Assembly: GCF_036321535.1 (NCBI RefSeq)
Contig: NC_087437.1
Coordinates: 12,898,001-12,962,000, forward strand
Length of the DNA stretch: 64,000 nucleotides
Direction: 5' to 3'
From: Camelus dromedarius
Lineage: Eukaryota
Both the position numbers and the translations under genes were made by a program. Shown here piece after piece: positions 24,831 through 37,915 of the stretch. The notes below the pieces were generated by a model, which was not told where the DNA came from, ran no database searches, and worked only from the letters and a program-made list of their open reading frames with translations. Every line of letters begins with the position of its first letter. Position 1 is the stretch's first letter.

Positions 24831-26959
24831 AAGAAAGGAATGATCAGGAATGGCTATTGGGCAGCGACAATGATGTGGTTGTCAAAATATAAAAAAAAAA
24901 TCGAGAGATTTCACACAAAAATCTGAATTACATTATCGCTTGAAAAGTGAGAAAATCTGGAAATGTTCAACAAGCTTGCGTGGAAACAACAAGCCAGCTC
25001 GCAGTCGCAGCTGCTCTGTTAGGAGGGGGCATGAAGATGGATTTTACACACGTCTCCTTGTTCCCCATTTCTTCCCATCATGGACTCTGTCCTTTGCCAT
25101 TCCTCACTGTGTTTGCTTTGATTTTACTACACGAGGAATCTTTCACTCATTCATGTTACCAGGTTTACTTCTGCAGGCATTTCTTGAACTGTCTTAACTT
25201 GTAGGACTAAGAAAAAAAAACAGCATTCCAGAGGGATTTGTTCTTTTGCGTCCAGTCTACAAACGTTTTGCTTGTCAAGAAGAAAAATCTAGTTTTTAAA
25301 CAGACCATTTAGAGTCTTAAGGATGGTAGATTACGTGAAAGGAGTGCCTTTGACTGGAGATACCATCCCATCATGTCCAGGAAAAGCTGAAGAGGATAGA
25401 GAAAGTAACTTGCATCTCCTTGGAAGATGATCAGATTTGGAGTAAAAAGAACACATCTTTTAAAACAAAATAAAACCCCATCAAATTTCTTTTAGCAAGC
25501 TTGTTCATATGACAACAGTAAAGGGAAAATATGCCATAAGTGGTTTCAGGAGGACGGTGATGGATTTACACATGAAAATCTCATTCAAGAATTTAGTAAA
25601 CAGCATCATAAGATTAGGGAGATTTTACTTGCACCATTCTTAGGATGTGTCTGATTTTCATTTATGTACTGACTTCAGGAACCCAAAGGATCAAAATTAC
25701 ACCATTCAGTACAGAACATGGCAGGACCAATGCTTCCTAACACTTCCAAGTGGAGACCATGCACAACTTAAAAATTCACAAGTATTTACGAATCAGACCA
25801 TTGTAGACATAGTGTCTCTGCTTTTATCAAATTGTCTCTCTCCTCATGAGGCTCCAACAGTCCCCTAATTTATACACATTAAATCTTTTTTTTCATACAA
25901 TTACATCAAGTTTTATTTAATCCACTTGATTTAGAAATGCTTCTTTAAACATAATTGCTCAGGGAAGCTCTATATAGTAAGATACAAAAATTACAATATG
26001 GAATGGAAAATAAACCAGCATCCAGTGAAACATAAAATTACAAATCTTAGAGTGTCAGCTGTTTGAAAGAAGGCCATTTGAAGATTGTAGGCTTTGGACT
26101 GGTAATCTTAAGTGTACAAGAGAATAACTAATAAATACCCTTTCCAAGATGACTTTTAGGATTCTGGAATTCTGATTTTCTGTAATATTTCTAAAGGAAA
26201 GGTAAAAATGTCTTCCAAAGTTGTTTAAAATGTGATTAAGATAGATAAATGATTCACCTTTACTTGGGAAAGACTAACAGTGGTGAACTATTTGCGTTTC
26301 CCAAATAGTGAACAACAGGAATTCCTGACGCTCTTACGCCGTCTGAGGAAGTGATATGTTCACCTAGTACCAGTGTCTCACATCAAAGATTATCTCCATT
26401 TGGAATTACAGAAATCTCCCCTGAGGTATTTTGTTGCATGGAATATTTGATTAATACAATTATACTCATTAAATCCTAGCTCAGCTGTTCAACTCTTAAG
26501 GTTGGACTCCAGCTAGCTGCTCTTACAGTCTCTCCATTATAGTCTAAAAATCCCTTTTACACCAGAAAGATTAATTTACTGCCTCCTTCAGGCACATACC
26601 GCCTGTATTTTCCCCTGCTCTAGCCCACTCCATCTCTTTCCTTTGTCTGGAAAGCCAGGTAGCTTCACACGCAATGCCTACCCAAATCAAAACAAATCTT
26701 CCAGGTCCAGCTGAAGTCTCACCCTCCCGCGGGAAGCTTACCTCGCCTTTGGCATCATTAATATCCCTCTTCATTGAGTCGCAACACTCTACAGCCTTGC
26801 AGAGGACGTTACAGCCCTATGCATGCAGATGACATGCTCACCAAGGACAAGGTGGGAACAGTTTATTTCTCTCGTGGCCTTCACTCTGCCCACCCTAGCA
26901 CTATGAACAGACTGGGGACCTGATAATTCTGGTGAATAATACTTCCCTGACATCTTCAA

Positions 26960-27172
26960 GGAGAGCTCAGTGCTTCCTTCCTTCTTGTTTTATGGAGACT
27001 TGTGCAGAGCTCTATGACAGCAGCAGGCTGTAAATACCTGTTTATAACCTGTTTCCCACGCTAGACAGTAAATCCTTGGTGATCTGCAAGTATATTCTCT
27101 TCATCCTCCAATCTCCAGTGTCCTTCCCATCGCTAAGCACGTGGTAGGCTCTTAATAAATATTTATTGACAA
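26960..27172 (+). mobile_element. L2 3' end
   Basis: 'ctagacagtaaatcctt...gcacgtggtaggctcttaataaatatttattga'. Confidence 0.6.
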
Positions 27173-27719
27173 GTGTGTGCACTGCCTTTTTTCAGGTTAG
27201 CATAACTGGGATCGTGGAGGACAATTCAGTTAATAATGGGGCATGTGCAGGCCTAGAACTGAGGGTGCAGAGGTGTACACGGGCCTGGGAGCGCTGACAG
27301 GAGAGAAGCTTCAGAAGGTATTCAAAAGGGGGAAATTGTCAAGATAAATAATACATTTGGAAAAGCTGCCTTGTAAGAGTTTCTAGGTGTGGTCCTGCAA
27401 GGCTGGGAATATTTTGCATGCTATATTTTGCTTGTAGGGATAATGAATAAATTGGACATTCGTGACTTGGTCTGTAAAACGCTTAGAAATAAAGCCACGA
27501 TTTCAATGGAGAGATTATTGAAGTCCTTCCTTCCTGTAATCAAAAAGAGAGAGTGGAATTAGGGGGAGCTTGGGAGGAGGTTATATAGAAGGAAACCTGA
27601 GAACATAAGAGAAAAGGCTCAGTAATGAATAAAAAGGGATAAAAGAGAGGGCATGGAGCCTCTTGCCTGTTATTTTCTCTGCTGGGATGATCTTAATCTA
27701 AGTGGATACATCAAGGATG

Positions 27720-28130
27720 GTAGGTCCACGTGCCGTCCACCACCATCCATTCTCTCTTTATACAGCCATTGGATTTCGGCAAGGCGTATTGCATGGACTA
27801 CCTTTCCCAGCTGACCCTGCAGTAAATGTGTCCATGGGATGCATGTGATGCGTGCTACCTCTGGGCCTGGCTTTTAAGGAAGCCTGGAGCCTCCTCCATG
27901 CTCCATTTTCTTTGTAACTGACAGACACAGATGGCGGTGAGGCTACAGGTATCTTAGAACCATGGGATAGAAGGAACCTGGGTCCCCGAATCACTACAGG
28001 GGAGAATCATAGCCAGTCAAGAACACGAATCTCAGGCTGCTTTGTGAGCGAACAATAAACTTCAATTATGTTTGTACCGCTTAGCATTTTTGGATATATT
28101 TGTCGCAGTCACTTAGCCTAACCTAATGCA
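27720..28130 (+). mobile_element. MaLR LTR (MLT1I/J-like)
   Basis: 'actacctttcccagc...caataaacttcaattatgttt...atttgtcgcagtcacttagcctaacctaatgca'. Confidence 0.65.
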
Positions 28131-29833
28131 CCAGCGTTTCTGAATGGACACACTCTTGCCTGTCCTTTCCGCTGGCGCTGCCACAGGAGAACATGCTGTG
28201 GCCACTTTCCTGGCAGGGGAGGGGGGTCTGGGTAACTAGTGACCGGGGCAGCTACTTCCCTGTGACTTGCACAAAGAAAGAAGGGGAGAGCCCTCTCAAG
28301 GGAAGTGCAGGTTGAATGAGTGGAATAAGGTTTAATCAGCAAAGACTTTAGCACCACTGCTGAGGTCTTATGATGCAGTCTCTGTTTACACTTGAGTCCA
28401 TTGTGTATTTGAAGAATTATGATATTCACAAGTGCAAGTAAATGAATAGAACATCAACGCGTGCCAAATGAATGGGTGGTACGTGCTTTTAGGGTTCCTA
28501 AGTGTGCTCCTCATCTAGGCTGTTGCTCAACAGAAACATGTGGAAGTAGGAAGCTGGAGAGAGGGGTGACTGGGAACATCAGGCCCTGGGACTCCAGAAA
28601 ACCTTTCAGGAAAGCTTTGACTTCCATGGTTCATGGTGTAGGGACTGAACGTCATTATTACCTAAATCTTAAGGGACCAGGAACAAATAAGTACATTGAC
28701 TCTGTATCTCCTTATCAGTAAGATACATCATTCTCATTCTTATTTAGATCCCTAGCACCTAACCTAGGATGCAGCACATAACAGGAGCACAGTATATCTG
28801 TTGAGCAGTTGTTTTTACTTTTTACTTCCTACCTGTGTTCTTAGTACTCTTAAACTATGTTCTAGGAAACTGCAGGACCCCAGAAGTTTCTTCAAACTGT
28901 TGTTCGAAGCCCACTACTGATTCCCAAATCCATAACTGCATCCCGGATCCAGCTGCCTACTGGGTGTCGCCAGCAGGATGCTCCATGGTCCCTCAGATTC
29001 ATCCCACACAGAAGCTCCAGGTTCTTGTGGCTACTTTGTAACTAGCAAAGAATGAGAGAGAGTCTCTTGTTCCCAGAAACTGTAACAACCTTGTAAAGGG
29101 GAACAGTCCCCAATTGTCCTTGGATGAATTCTGCACCTAGAGAGATAGAATAATCTAACTGGCTCACTTGGATGAACTACTCTGGGGGAAGGGGTGGCAA
29201 GCCGCCTGACTGACAGCTCCATTAGAGGCTGACATTCATTAGGGGGGAGGAGTTCCCCAAGGGATGTAAAGTGGGACAGATAAATAACAGAGGCTACCCA
29301 TGGTAGGAACTCAATAAATGACTGTTAAATTGACTTGTGTCAGAATCTTCACAGCCAAAACTTGTTCTGAACTTTACAAAAGGAATTTTTCGTTCTAGCT
29401 TTCAGTATGAACTTACTTTTTGTTGAGCCAGCTTGTCATCCTTGAGAAAATTCGTGATCTAGAAGCGCTCATGCCAAGTTTTAGCTCAGGCTATCTTAGG
29501 CAGATTTATAACCTCCTGGGATGCTAGCATTATAATGAAAATGCTGACAGTCTCGGAGTTTTGCTGACAGGAGTGGCACAGCTGTGATAAAACCAGAAGA
29601 TAAATGGAAATCTGGTGCCTCATCCTTGTGGAGTTGTCATGAGTTTAGGTCAAAGAGAAACAAGTTCTTGATTAATTCAGGCCTGGAAGAAAGATCCTCC
29701 AACCCAAGTCCCAAGTTGGTTTGGATTCAATTGCCTGGATATTTTTCCAGGCCATTTTAGAACACGCCTAGAAGAGTTGACGGATAGATCAGTATTAAAA
29801 AAAAAAATTCACTTTTGGTGTCATCCTTTAAAT

Positions 29834-30052
29834 CAGGGGTCAGCGAACGAGAACTCATGGGCCAAATGTGGCTCACCACGGGTTTCTGTAAAAAAGGTTT
29901 ATTAGAACACAGTTATGTTGGTTTATTTACATATTGTTCATGGCTACTTTAGTACTGAGGCAGAGTTGAGTAGTTGCAACAAAGATGATATGGTGTACAA
30001 AGGCTAAAAACTCACCGTCTGGTCCTTAACAGAAAAAGTTTGCCAACCCTAG
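29834..30052 (+). mobile_element. MER58A-like hAT-Charlie MITE
   Basis: Terminal inverted repeats CAGGGGTCAGCGAAC / GTTTGCCAACCCTAG; degenerate 8-bp TSD CTTTAAAT / ATTTAAAC. Confidence 0.9.
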
Positions 30053-30499
30053 ATTTAAACAAATGATTCCCAAGGTTTTCCATTACTTACTTGATTTCGT
30101 GATCTCATACATCACCTCCTTGCCATATACATACACCTTTCTAATGATGCTTAGAACATGTAGTTAGGTATTAAACAACAAAGTGAAATAGGCTTGTATA
30201 GAAAATTCCATTATAGTGCTTAAGATGACTGGAGACCCCTGGGATTCTCAACTTTGCGATGACAACATACATTTTCCAGTAAAAGTGTTGGATGTATTTC
30301 ATCAAACGTGGAAGAACTGAAAAACAATAGTTCTTCAGAGTTCTTCTCTTCTCGGGAACATAGCATCAGGCACAGAAGTTCAAAGAATTGCAATCAGATG
30401 GATTTGAATCATTTAACATTGTTGAGCTGCTAAGGGAAGTAGATTAAGGCTCTTTCTTACAGCTTTTGTTTTTCTTTTTACTTTGTTTATTCCACATGG

Positions 30500-30740
30500 G
30501 AGTAAAATGACGCTTAGAAATTCTACATATGTTTATGGAACCCCTATTGCAGGCTAGAAACCATGGTGGATATTTCCTCTTAATTTGTATGCCATTTAAT
30601 TTTAGCTCCTGTAACTGTGGTTAGAATGAAATGTGTACCCTTGGAGGAACAGAGGCTCAGAGAGATGAAATAATTTTCCCAAGGCTACCTCGCTTTCAAG
30701 TGGTGGTATTAGAATACAAATTCAGATTTTCTGATTCTGT
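30500..30740 (-). mobile_element. MIR remnant
   Basis: 'gaggaacagaggctcagagagatgaaataattttcccaaggctac'. Confidence 0.6.
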
Positions 30741-30849
30741 CTTGAATTCCTGCAGATCTAGGCTTAATGTTACATTGTGATATCTGAATTGTTGGTGTGA
30801 TAAATAGCAGGTGGAATCTTTCTCGTAACACAGAGGCAGCCCAGTGTAG

Positions 30850-31005
30850 GATGACGGTTCTCAAAGTGTAGACCATCTCCTAGGGTTTATGTGATTAAAA
30901 GTATTTTCTTGATAATACCGGGAGATTATTTGACTTTTCTACTCCAATTCTATCACATGTACACTGTGGACTTTTATAGAATGTTCTGGTGTGATGATAT
31001 AACCA
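30850..31005. mobile_element. hAT-type DNA transposon remnant
   Basis: 'ggttctcaaagtgtagacc...aagtattttcttgataatac...ttatttgacttttc' resembles an old hAT terminal region. Confidence 0.4.
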
Positions 31006-31604
31006 TTATACAAAAAATAGATGAGTAGGAATTTTAAGGGTCCTTCCGAGACTCCTTTTAGCATCCTGCAACCTTAATTATTTAAAATTTAAAATAGCAA
31101 AAGAACTTTATTAGTACGGTATCTAGTCTCAAATCCATCATCATAAGCTTTGCTAATATTGCAAACACTCGAGTATAAGCATTGAAAGGAGAAAAAGAAA
31201 AGAAAATTTGCTTCTGTAAATTAGCATTTACATTTCAGCTGCTCTGTTTACACACCATTAAATGTACCCTTCAGCATGAGGTGGAATTAGAGACAATAAT
31301 ACTGTACTCAGAACTGCATCACGGCACTTTACAAATGACCAGCAGTCAGCTCTTGCTGGTGGACTCAGAGAGCAAGCAGAGACCACCCGGATTTACAGAT
31401 ATGAACCCACTGCCTAAATGATTATGGGATGGCTTGTGGAGAAACGTTCATACTGAATTCCTAACCACGCACTAGAATCTTTATTGTGGAAGGCGATTCC
31501 TTCCCAGATGAACCTCCCATTCCCTGGTCAGGGACTTAAACATACAGAAGAGGAATCCTACTGTTCTTGACTCTGGGTTTGAATGGTCTTTCTTTATCTT
31601 TCCC

Positions 31605-31752
31605 CCACGTTCTAAACCATGATGACACATCAGAATCACCTGAAGAATTGCTAAACAACACTGGTACCCAATTATGGTCCTGAGAATCAGGTTTTGTTTT
31701 TTTTTTTAACTCCCTAAATGAGTCTGATTGCAGCCAGGGTTGAGAACAGCTG
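31605..31752. mobile_element. MER5-like MITE
   Basis: 'acacatcagaatcacctgaaga...ctgattgcagccagggttgagaacagctg'. Confidence 0.65.
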
Positions 31753-32854
31753 CTTTACAGTGTCCAGTGTGGGAATTGATGTGTTTCAGGAAAGAACTCA
31801 GAAAGAGGGTCTATAACCTATTTGCTCCAAACCCTGGCTCCCCTAAAGGGTGGATGTAGGATCTGAGTGTCCTACTACTCTTAGGGCACCTTACTGTTGA
31901 CCTTTTCAAGGTCAACTGAGGACCTGCCACTGTGGGTCCCCTCTAGGCTCTTCCCCTTTTCTCCCAGACCTTGGTCTTTTAAAACCTTTTTTGTTCTCTT
32001 CCTCTCTTTCCTCCATCTATGTCTCCCGTCCAGGAACCTATTTTTTCTTGTGTGTAACCTCTCATGAAAGTTCTGGTGATTATTCTAGATTTAGCTCTCC
32101 TGGAAGTGTCATGGGGCTTTGGATACTGGGGGTGTACTGGGTGCATAGGAAAAGTCAGGCCTTCAGCACAACCCACTCTTATGATGGTGTCAAAAAAAAG
32201 GCCTCCCACACGCCCAGACTAGCTGACTGACAATATCAACGCCAACATGTCTTCTGCATATTATGATGAAGGAGGTTCTGGCCATTTTACCCACTAGAAT
32301 TCCACTACCAAAGGCCCCTTTTGTTATGCTGGTTTTGGTGTGTGCCTGGTCCCAGGAACGCTTTGAGTATGAAGGGTGGGGGCAGATACATTCCCTGACT
32401 AAAATAAAATAAAATAAAAGGAAAGGAAAAGAAAAGCAAACTAAAACAATAACGAGATACTACTCCTTTTCTTATATGAGATTAACAAAATTGTGGGTTT
32501 CCCTACTGTGAGAGTATCTGATGTTTATTGCTACAATACACTCTTGAGGAAAGAATTTGGCAATTTGTGTCTATAGCCATGAAAGGGGTCAAGTAATTAT
32601 TCTTTTCATAATTTATCAAGGGAAATCATCTAAAGATGCAGAAATGACTTCATTTATAAAGGTGTTCAAGTGCCTTCACCTACTAATACTGAAAAATTGA
32701 GTAGCCTTTTAGCCTAAGAGTACAGCATTAGGAGAATGATGAAGCAATTATGGAACATTCATCTGAAGGAATATTATGTTGTTTTAAAAAATGATGTTTA
32801 CAAACTTTTGGTTTAGAAAGGTATCTGGCTAGCAGCCCTTAAAACATCTTTTCT

Positions 32855-32958
32855 TTTTTTTAATGGAAGTATAGTCAATTACCATGTATCAGATTATGGG
32901 GTACAGCATAATGTCCTAGTCATGCATATATATATATATATATTCATTTTCATATTCC
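32855..32958 (-). mobile_element. Very short 5'-truncated L1 3' end insertion
   Basis: Poly-T then 'aatggaagtatagtcaatt...gtacagcataatg'; perfect 14-bp TSD AAAACATCTTTTCT at 32841-32854 and 32959-32972. Confidence 0.9.
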
Positions 32959-33184
32959 AAAACATCTTTTCTCACTAAAATATCTATAATGACCACTCCA
33001 GAAAAACCAACAGATAAATTGATGCTGGAAATTTTAATCTCTTCTAACCTGAGAAAATCTGTTCAGGTTTGGCTTCATGATGTAAAACCCAAGTGGATAA
33101 AAAGGGCTCTCTCCATCACTAAAGTCTGCTTTGACTCATGGGGTCTTGCTTTCAGAGAAAAGGGCATACATCCCCCGGATGTAT

Positions 33185-33356
33185 GCAGCGGATCTCAGTG
33201 TAGGGTCCTCAAGCCGGTGGCATCAGCATTATGTGGAAATTTGTTAGAAATGAAAATTTGCAAGTCTCATCTCAGATCCACTGAATCAGAATCTCTGGGT
33301 GGGGGCTCAGAATCACCTGCAGGTGACTGATGCAGCTAAAATTTCAGAGACATTGC
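33185..33356. mobile_element. MER5A-like MITE
   Basis: 'gcatcagcatta...ttgttagaaatgaaaatt...cagatccactgaatcagaatctctgggtggggg'. Confidence 0.8.
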
Positions 33357-33699
33357 TATCCTACCTTGATGCTGATTCTTGAGGCTGCCACGTTACTCTT
33401 TCCTCTCCTCTTTCCCTCATCAACATTATTTAAAAGATCAGAGACAACCACTCTTAGAAACGAATGACAAAGAAGTTCAGGGTATCTGGTAGTGGCCAAT
33501 GGCATCCTGGGAGATACGGTCTCCAGGAGGAAAGTGCTAAAGACAGCAGATATGGGCGAGGTCTTGGCAGTGCAGGCTGTAGATGGTAATAACTTGTCTT
33601 CATTAGTTTAGAGAACCAGAACACCAAGGAGATGGTGTGAAAGGCAACATTATTACCTCAGTAGAATAGGGAGTACTGCTCCCTGCAAGTGGTACCAAG

Positions 33700-35090
33700 A
33701 AACTGCTACTCAGTGGCAATATTTCCTCACCAAAGATGAAGAAAGAGCAAGAATCAAACCCACAACCAACATGGAGCTAATGGATAAATGACATAAATGA
33801 TTAAAGACACATGAAGTCTTTGAAGAAGACCACACTTCTAAACATGACCTATTGTAGATTTAGGATAAACTATGCAGAAACAGATATTCTCAGTAGGAAG
33901 TAAGGAGGCATGGCCTTTATGGAACAGCAGCCAAAATTTATAAAGGGGGAAAGGCTCTGTTGGAAAGGCAAGAGGGTGAAATGAAAATGGAAATGGATAA
34001 TATTAGAAAAGATTGCAAGTACATTACAAATTAAATAGTAGAATTAAATTCTACATTAGAGGCAAAAAGTGATGACTTAGCATTATAGGAAATCAAATCA
34101 ATGAACACTTACTCTCCTAGAATGTAGAAATAAATAAATTTGATGAAAATGAAAGAAGGTAATATAAGGAAGACAGAATAAAGACTCAGCAAATGACTAA
34201 CTTGTGTTCATGAGAGGAATATTGGAACAAAAGAAATAAGCATGAATGTAATAGATGAGATAAAAAGACTAGGAGTATTGAAAGAGTCCATTATGGTCCT
34301 GTAAAAATAACTGAAAAGAGACCCTTATTCAAACTTATCCAGAGAAAAATATTGAACTAAATGACAAGGGAGTACAATCTTATAAATCTCTAGCCAGGGA
34401 GGAAAGAAATCTACCAGGGTATTAAAGTCAGATGCCTCCAACTGGAGCGCAGCGTGACTGCTGGGAAGGTGGAGCTGAGAGCTCAGGAGAGCTCTCAAGA
34501 GCTCAGAAGATGTTGTATGAAGAATGACTGCAGTGTAGCTGGAACTAACTTCACAAGATACATCTAACTACCTACTGCAAATCTTCTATGTTACTGAATA
34601 CTAGTGCTAAATAAGGTTTTTGAAAAATGTGTAGTGCAAAACCAAAAATATAGTTTAACAAACAATATCTTCTGTATCTATTATTAATAAGTAATACATT
34701 TAATCACAGATCAATAAATAGTTATATAATAATGATATAGGTTATTACTAGGTTACAGTAATAATGATTGAGAAGGGGTAGGTGGTTGGTGGTAGGGGGA
34801 GAACAGAACCCCTTATGAAAGAGGAAATTAAAACATACTCTTTTTGAATATAGATCCAAGGATAATTTTGGAAAACAATTTAAGGTAATCATTAACAAAA
34901 TTAAAAATAGCACATATGCCTTTGATACACTAGAGTATACAAAAGCAAAGAAAACAAAAAAAAAAAAAAGAAAAAAAGGAAATAACAAAGCTTAAACAAT
35001 TAAGCGAAAAACACATCAACAAGATATAACAAATGTATCAGTTAAACCAATAAATAAAGTGTATTAAAATCTCCGTGAAATGATTAAAAA
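33700..35090 (+). mobile_element. Highly decayed ancient L1M/HAL1-like fragments
   Basis: A-rich strand-biased sequence resembling old L1 ORF1/inter-ORF region; weak similarity only. Confidence 0.35.
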
Positions 35091-35099
35091 ACATAAGTC

Positions 35100-35530
35100 A
35101 TTAGCATGGGATTCCATCCTGTTTCTATCACTTGGGGATTTCAGTTTCTTAGCATTTTTGTTTAACTCCATTAAGTTTTAGTTTTCTAATCAGCTAAATG
35201 AGAATAGTAAGACCTACTTCTCAGGGTTTCAGAAGACTGAGACTTTATATAAGCAAATTAATACATATTATCCACGGGCATACTGAGGAAATGGCTGTCA
35301 CCAGGTTCAGAGCCTGGATTCTGATTTCTGACGGGTTTTAATACTGGCTCTGTTACTTACCAACCTTACTCATCAAACTTGAGGCAAGCCACTGAGCTCT
35401 CCAAGCCTTGATTCAGTCATTTGTAAAATGGGGATACATAGCACCTCCCTCATAGGATTGTCTCAAGGATTAAATGAAATAATACATGCAAAATACTAGG
35501 GACAACTCCTGGTACAGATAACTCAGTTAT
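35100..35530 (+). mobile_element. Two adjacent MIR remnants
   Basis: 'ctggctctgttacttac...tcatttgtaaaatggggata...cctccctcataggattgtctcaaggattaaatgaaataatacatgc'. Confidence 0.75.
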
Positions 35531-35969
35531 ATTTGCCCTAAGTATTATAGCAAACTGGTAGCTTTAAATCTGAAACTTTAAAATGCACATTAATAAAGCT
35601 AGCATTGTTAATAAAACAGTAGTAGCAATCTTTTTAAAACATTAGACTGGATTAAAAACCTAAGCATGCAACTACAGTAAAGGGTTGCATAAATACGTTT
35701 GGTAGTTTCTATGATCAAGGACTACACAGCTATTACATGATGTGAGACAATTAATGTGGTAAAATTTTTATCATATATAACTGGAATATTTACATCCAAG
35801 GATGAACAGGAATTAACATTTGGGAAACATAAAATTTTGTTCTTTATGGTTTTTTTTTTTGGTAGTTTCCAAGTATTCTATAATAAACACACTACTTATA
35901 AATCAATAAAAATAAATTATATTTTAAAAGATATATTTCAACAAATATTTGATTACAGTGCTAAAAATT

Positions 35970-36414
35970 GTTTTTTTAAATTGAAGTATTGTTGATTTAC
36001 AATATTAGTTTCAGGAGTACAGCATAGTGATACAATATTTTTACAGGTCAGATGCCATTGAAAGTTATTACAAGATAATGGCTATAATTCCCTGGGCTAT
36101 AAAATATAACCTTACTACTTATCTATTTTATATATAGTCGTTCATATCTCTCAGTCTCATATCCCTGTCTTGCCCCTCCCCACTTCCCTCTCCTATTTGA
36201 TAACCACCAGGTTGCTTTATATATCTGTAAGGCTGTTTCTGTTTTGCATATACATTTATTTGTATTGTTTTTTAGATTCCAAATATAAGTGGTATCATAC
36301 AGTATTTTTCTTTCTCTGTCTGGCTTATTTCACTAAGCATATTTTCTAAGTCCACCCATGTTGCTGCAAATGGCAGATAGAATTTTATTCTTTTTTATGA
36401 CCGAGTAATATTCC

Positions 36415-36472
<58 letters not shown>

Positions 36473-37915
36473 ACATCTTCTTTATCCATCCGTCTATTGC
36501 TGGATGTTTGGGTTGCTTCCATATCTTGGCTATTATAGATAGTGCTGCTATGAACACTGGGGTAGTATCTTTACAAATTAGTGTATTTATTTTTTCCTGA
36601 TATATACCTAGGAGTGGAATTGTTGGATCAGATGGTAGTTATATTTTTAATATTTTCAGGACTCTCCATATTGTTTTGCATAGTGGCTGCACCAATTTAC
36701 ATTCCCACCCAACAGTGTATGAGGGTTCCCTTTTCTCCATATTCTCTCCAACATTTGTTATTTGCAGGCTTTATGATGATAGCTGTTCTGACAAGTATGA
36801 GGTGATCACTCATTGTGGTTTCGATTTGCATTTCTCTGATAATTAGTAATGCTGAACATCTTTTCATGTGCCTGTTAGTTACCTGTATATCTTCTTTGGA
36901 AAAATGTCTATTCAGGTCTTCTGCTCACTTTTTGATTGGGTTGTTTGTTTGTTTTTTGATATTGAGTTGTATGAGCAGTTTGTATATTTTGGATATTAAC
37001 CCCTTGTTGGTCACATCTTTAGAAATATTTTATTCCATTCCATAGGTTGTCTTTTCATTTTGTTGACAGTTTCTTTTGCTGTGCAAAAGCTTTTAAGTTT
37101 AATTAGGTCCCAGTTGTTAATTTTTGTTTTTATTTCTTTTGCTTTAGGAGAGAGAGCCAAAAATATTTTGCTACGATTTATGCAAATGAGTGTTCTGCCT
37201 TTGTTCTCTTCTAGGAGTTTTATGTTTTCAGGGCTTACATTTAAGTCTTTAATCCATTTTGAGTTTATTTTCATATATGATGTGAGGCAATGTTCTAATC
37301 TCATTCTTGTACATGTAGCTGCCCAGTTTTCCCAGCACCACTTGTTCAAGAGCCTCTATTTCCTTCATTGTATATTCTAGACTCCTTTTTTGTAGATTAA
37401 TTGATCCTAGGTACGTGGATTTATTTCTGGGCTCTGTATTCTGTTTCACTGATCAATGTTTTTTCTTTCGTGTCAGCTCCATGCTGTTTTGGTTACTGTA
37501 GCTTTATGGTAGAGTCTGACGTCTGGTAATACCTCCAGTTTTGTTCTTTTTCAAAATATTGCTTTGGAAACTTGGGGTCTTTGTGGTTCCTTATGATTTT
37601 TAGGATTATTTGTTCTAGTTCTGTGAAAAACGTCATGGTATTTTGATAGAGATTGCATTAAATCTGTAGTCTGCTTTGGGTACTTATGGCCATTTAAACA
37701 ATATTAATTCTTTCAATTCAAGAGCATGAGATTATCTTTTTATTTCTTTGCATCATCTTCAATTTTCATCAATGTTTTATAGTTTTCAGAATATAAGCTT
37801 CTCCCCTCCTTGGTTAAGTTTATTCCTAGGTATTTTATTCTTTTTGATGCAATTTTAAACAGGATTGTCTCTCTACATTCTCTACGTGATAGCTCATTCT
37901 TAGTGTGTAGAACAC
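35970..37915 (-). mobile_element. LINE-1 3' portion (ORF2 C-terminal part + 3'UTR)
   Basis: ORF 37011-37349 NKWCWENW...[11 protein letters not shown]...[15 protein letters not shown]; poly-T and 'aattgaagtattgttgatttacaat' 3' end. Confidence 0.95.
36417..36468. repeat. (TG)26 microsatellite inside L1
   Basis: Perfect TG run. Confidence 0.97.

Noticed and set aside
25303..25430. Coding exon MVDYVKGVPLTGD...
   Set aside because: Short, weak splice context, no recognisable homology
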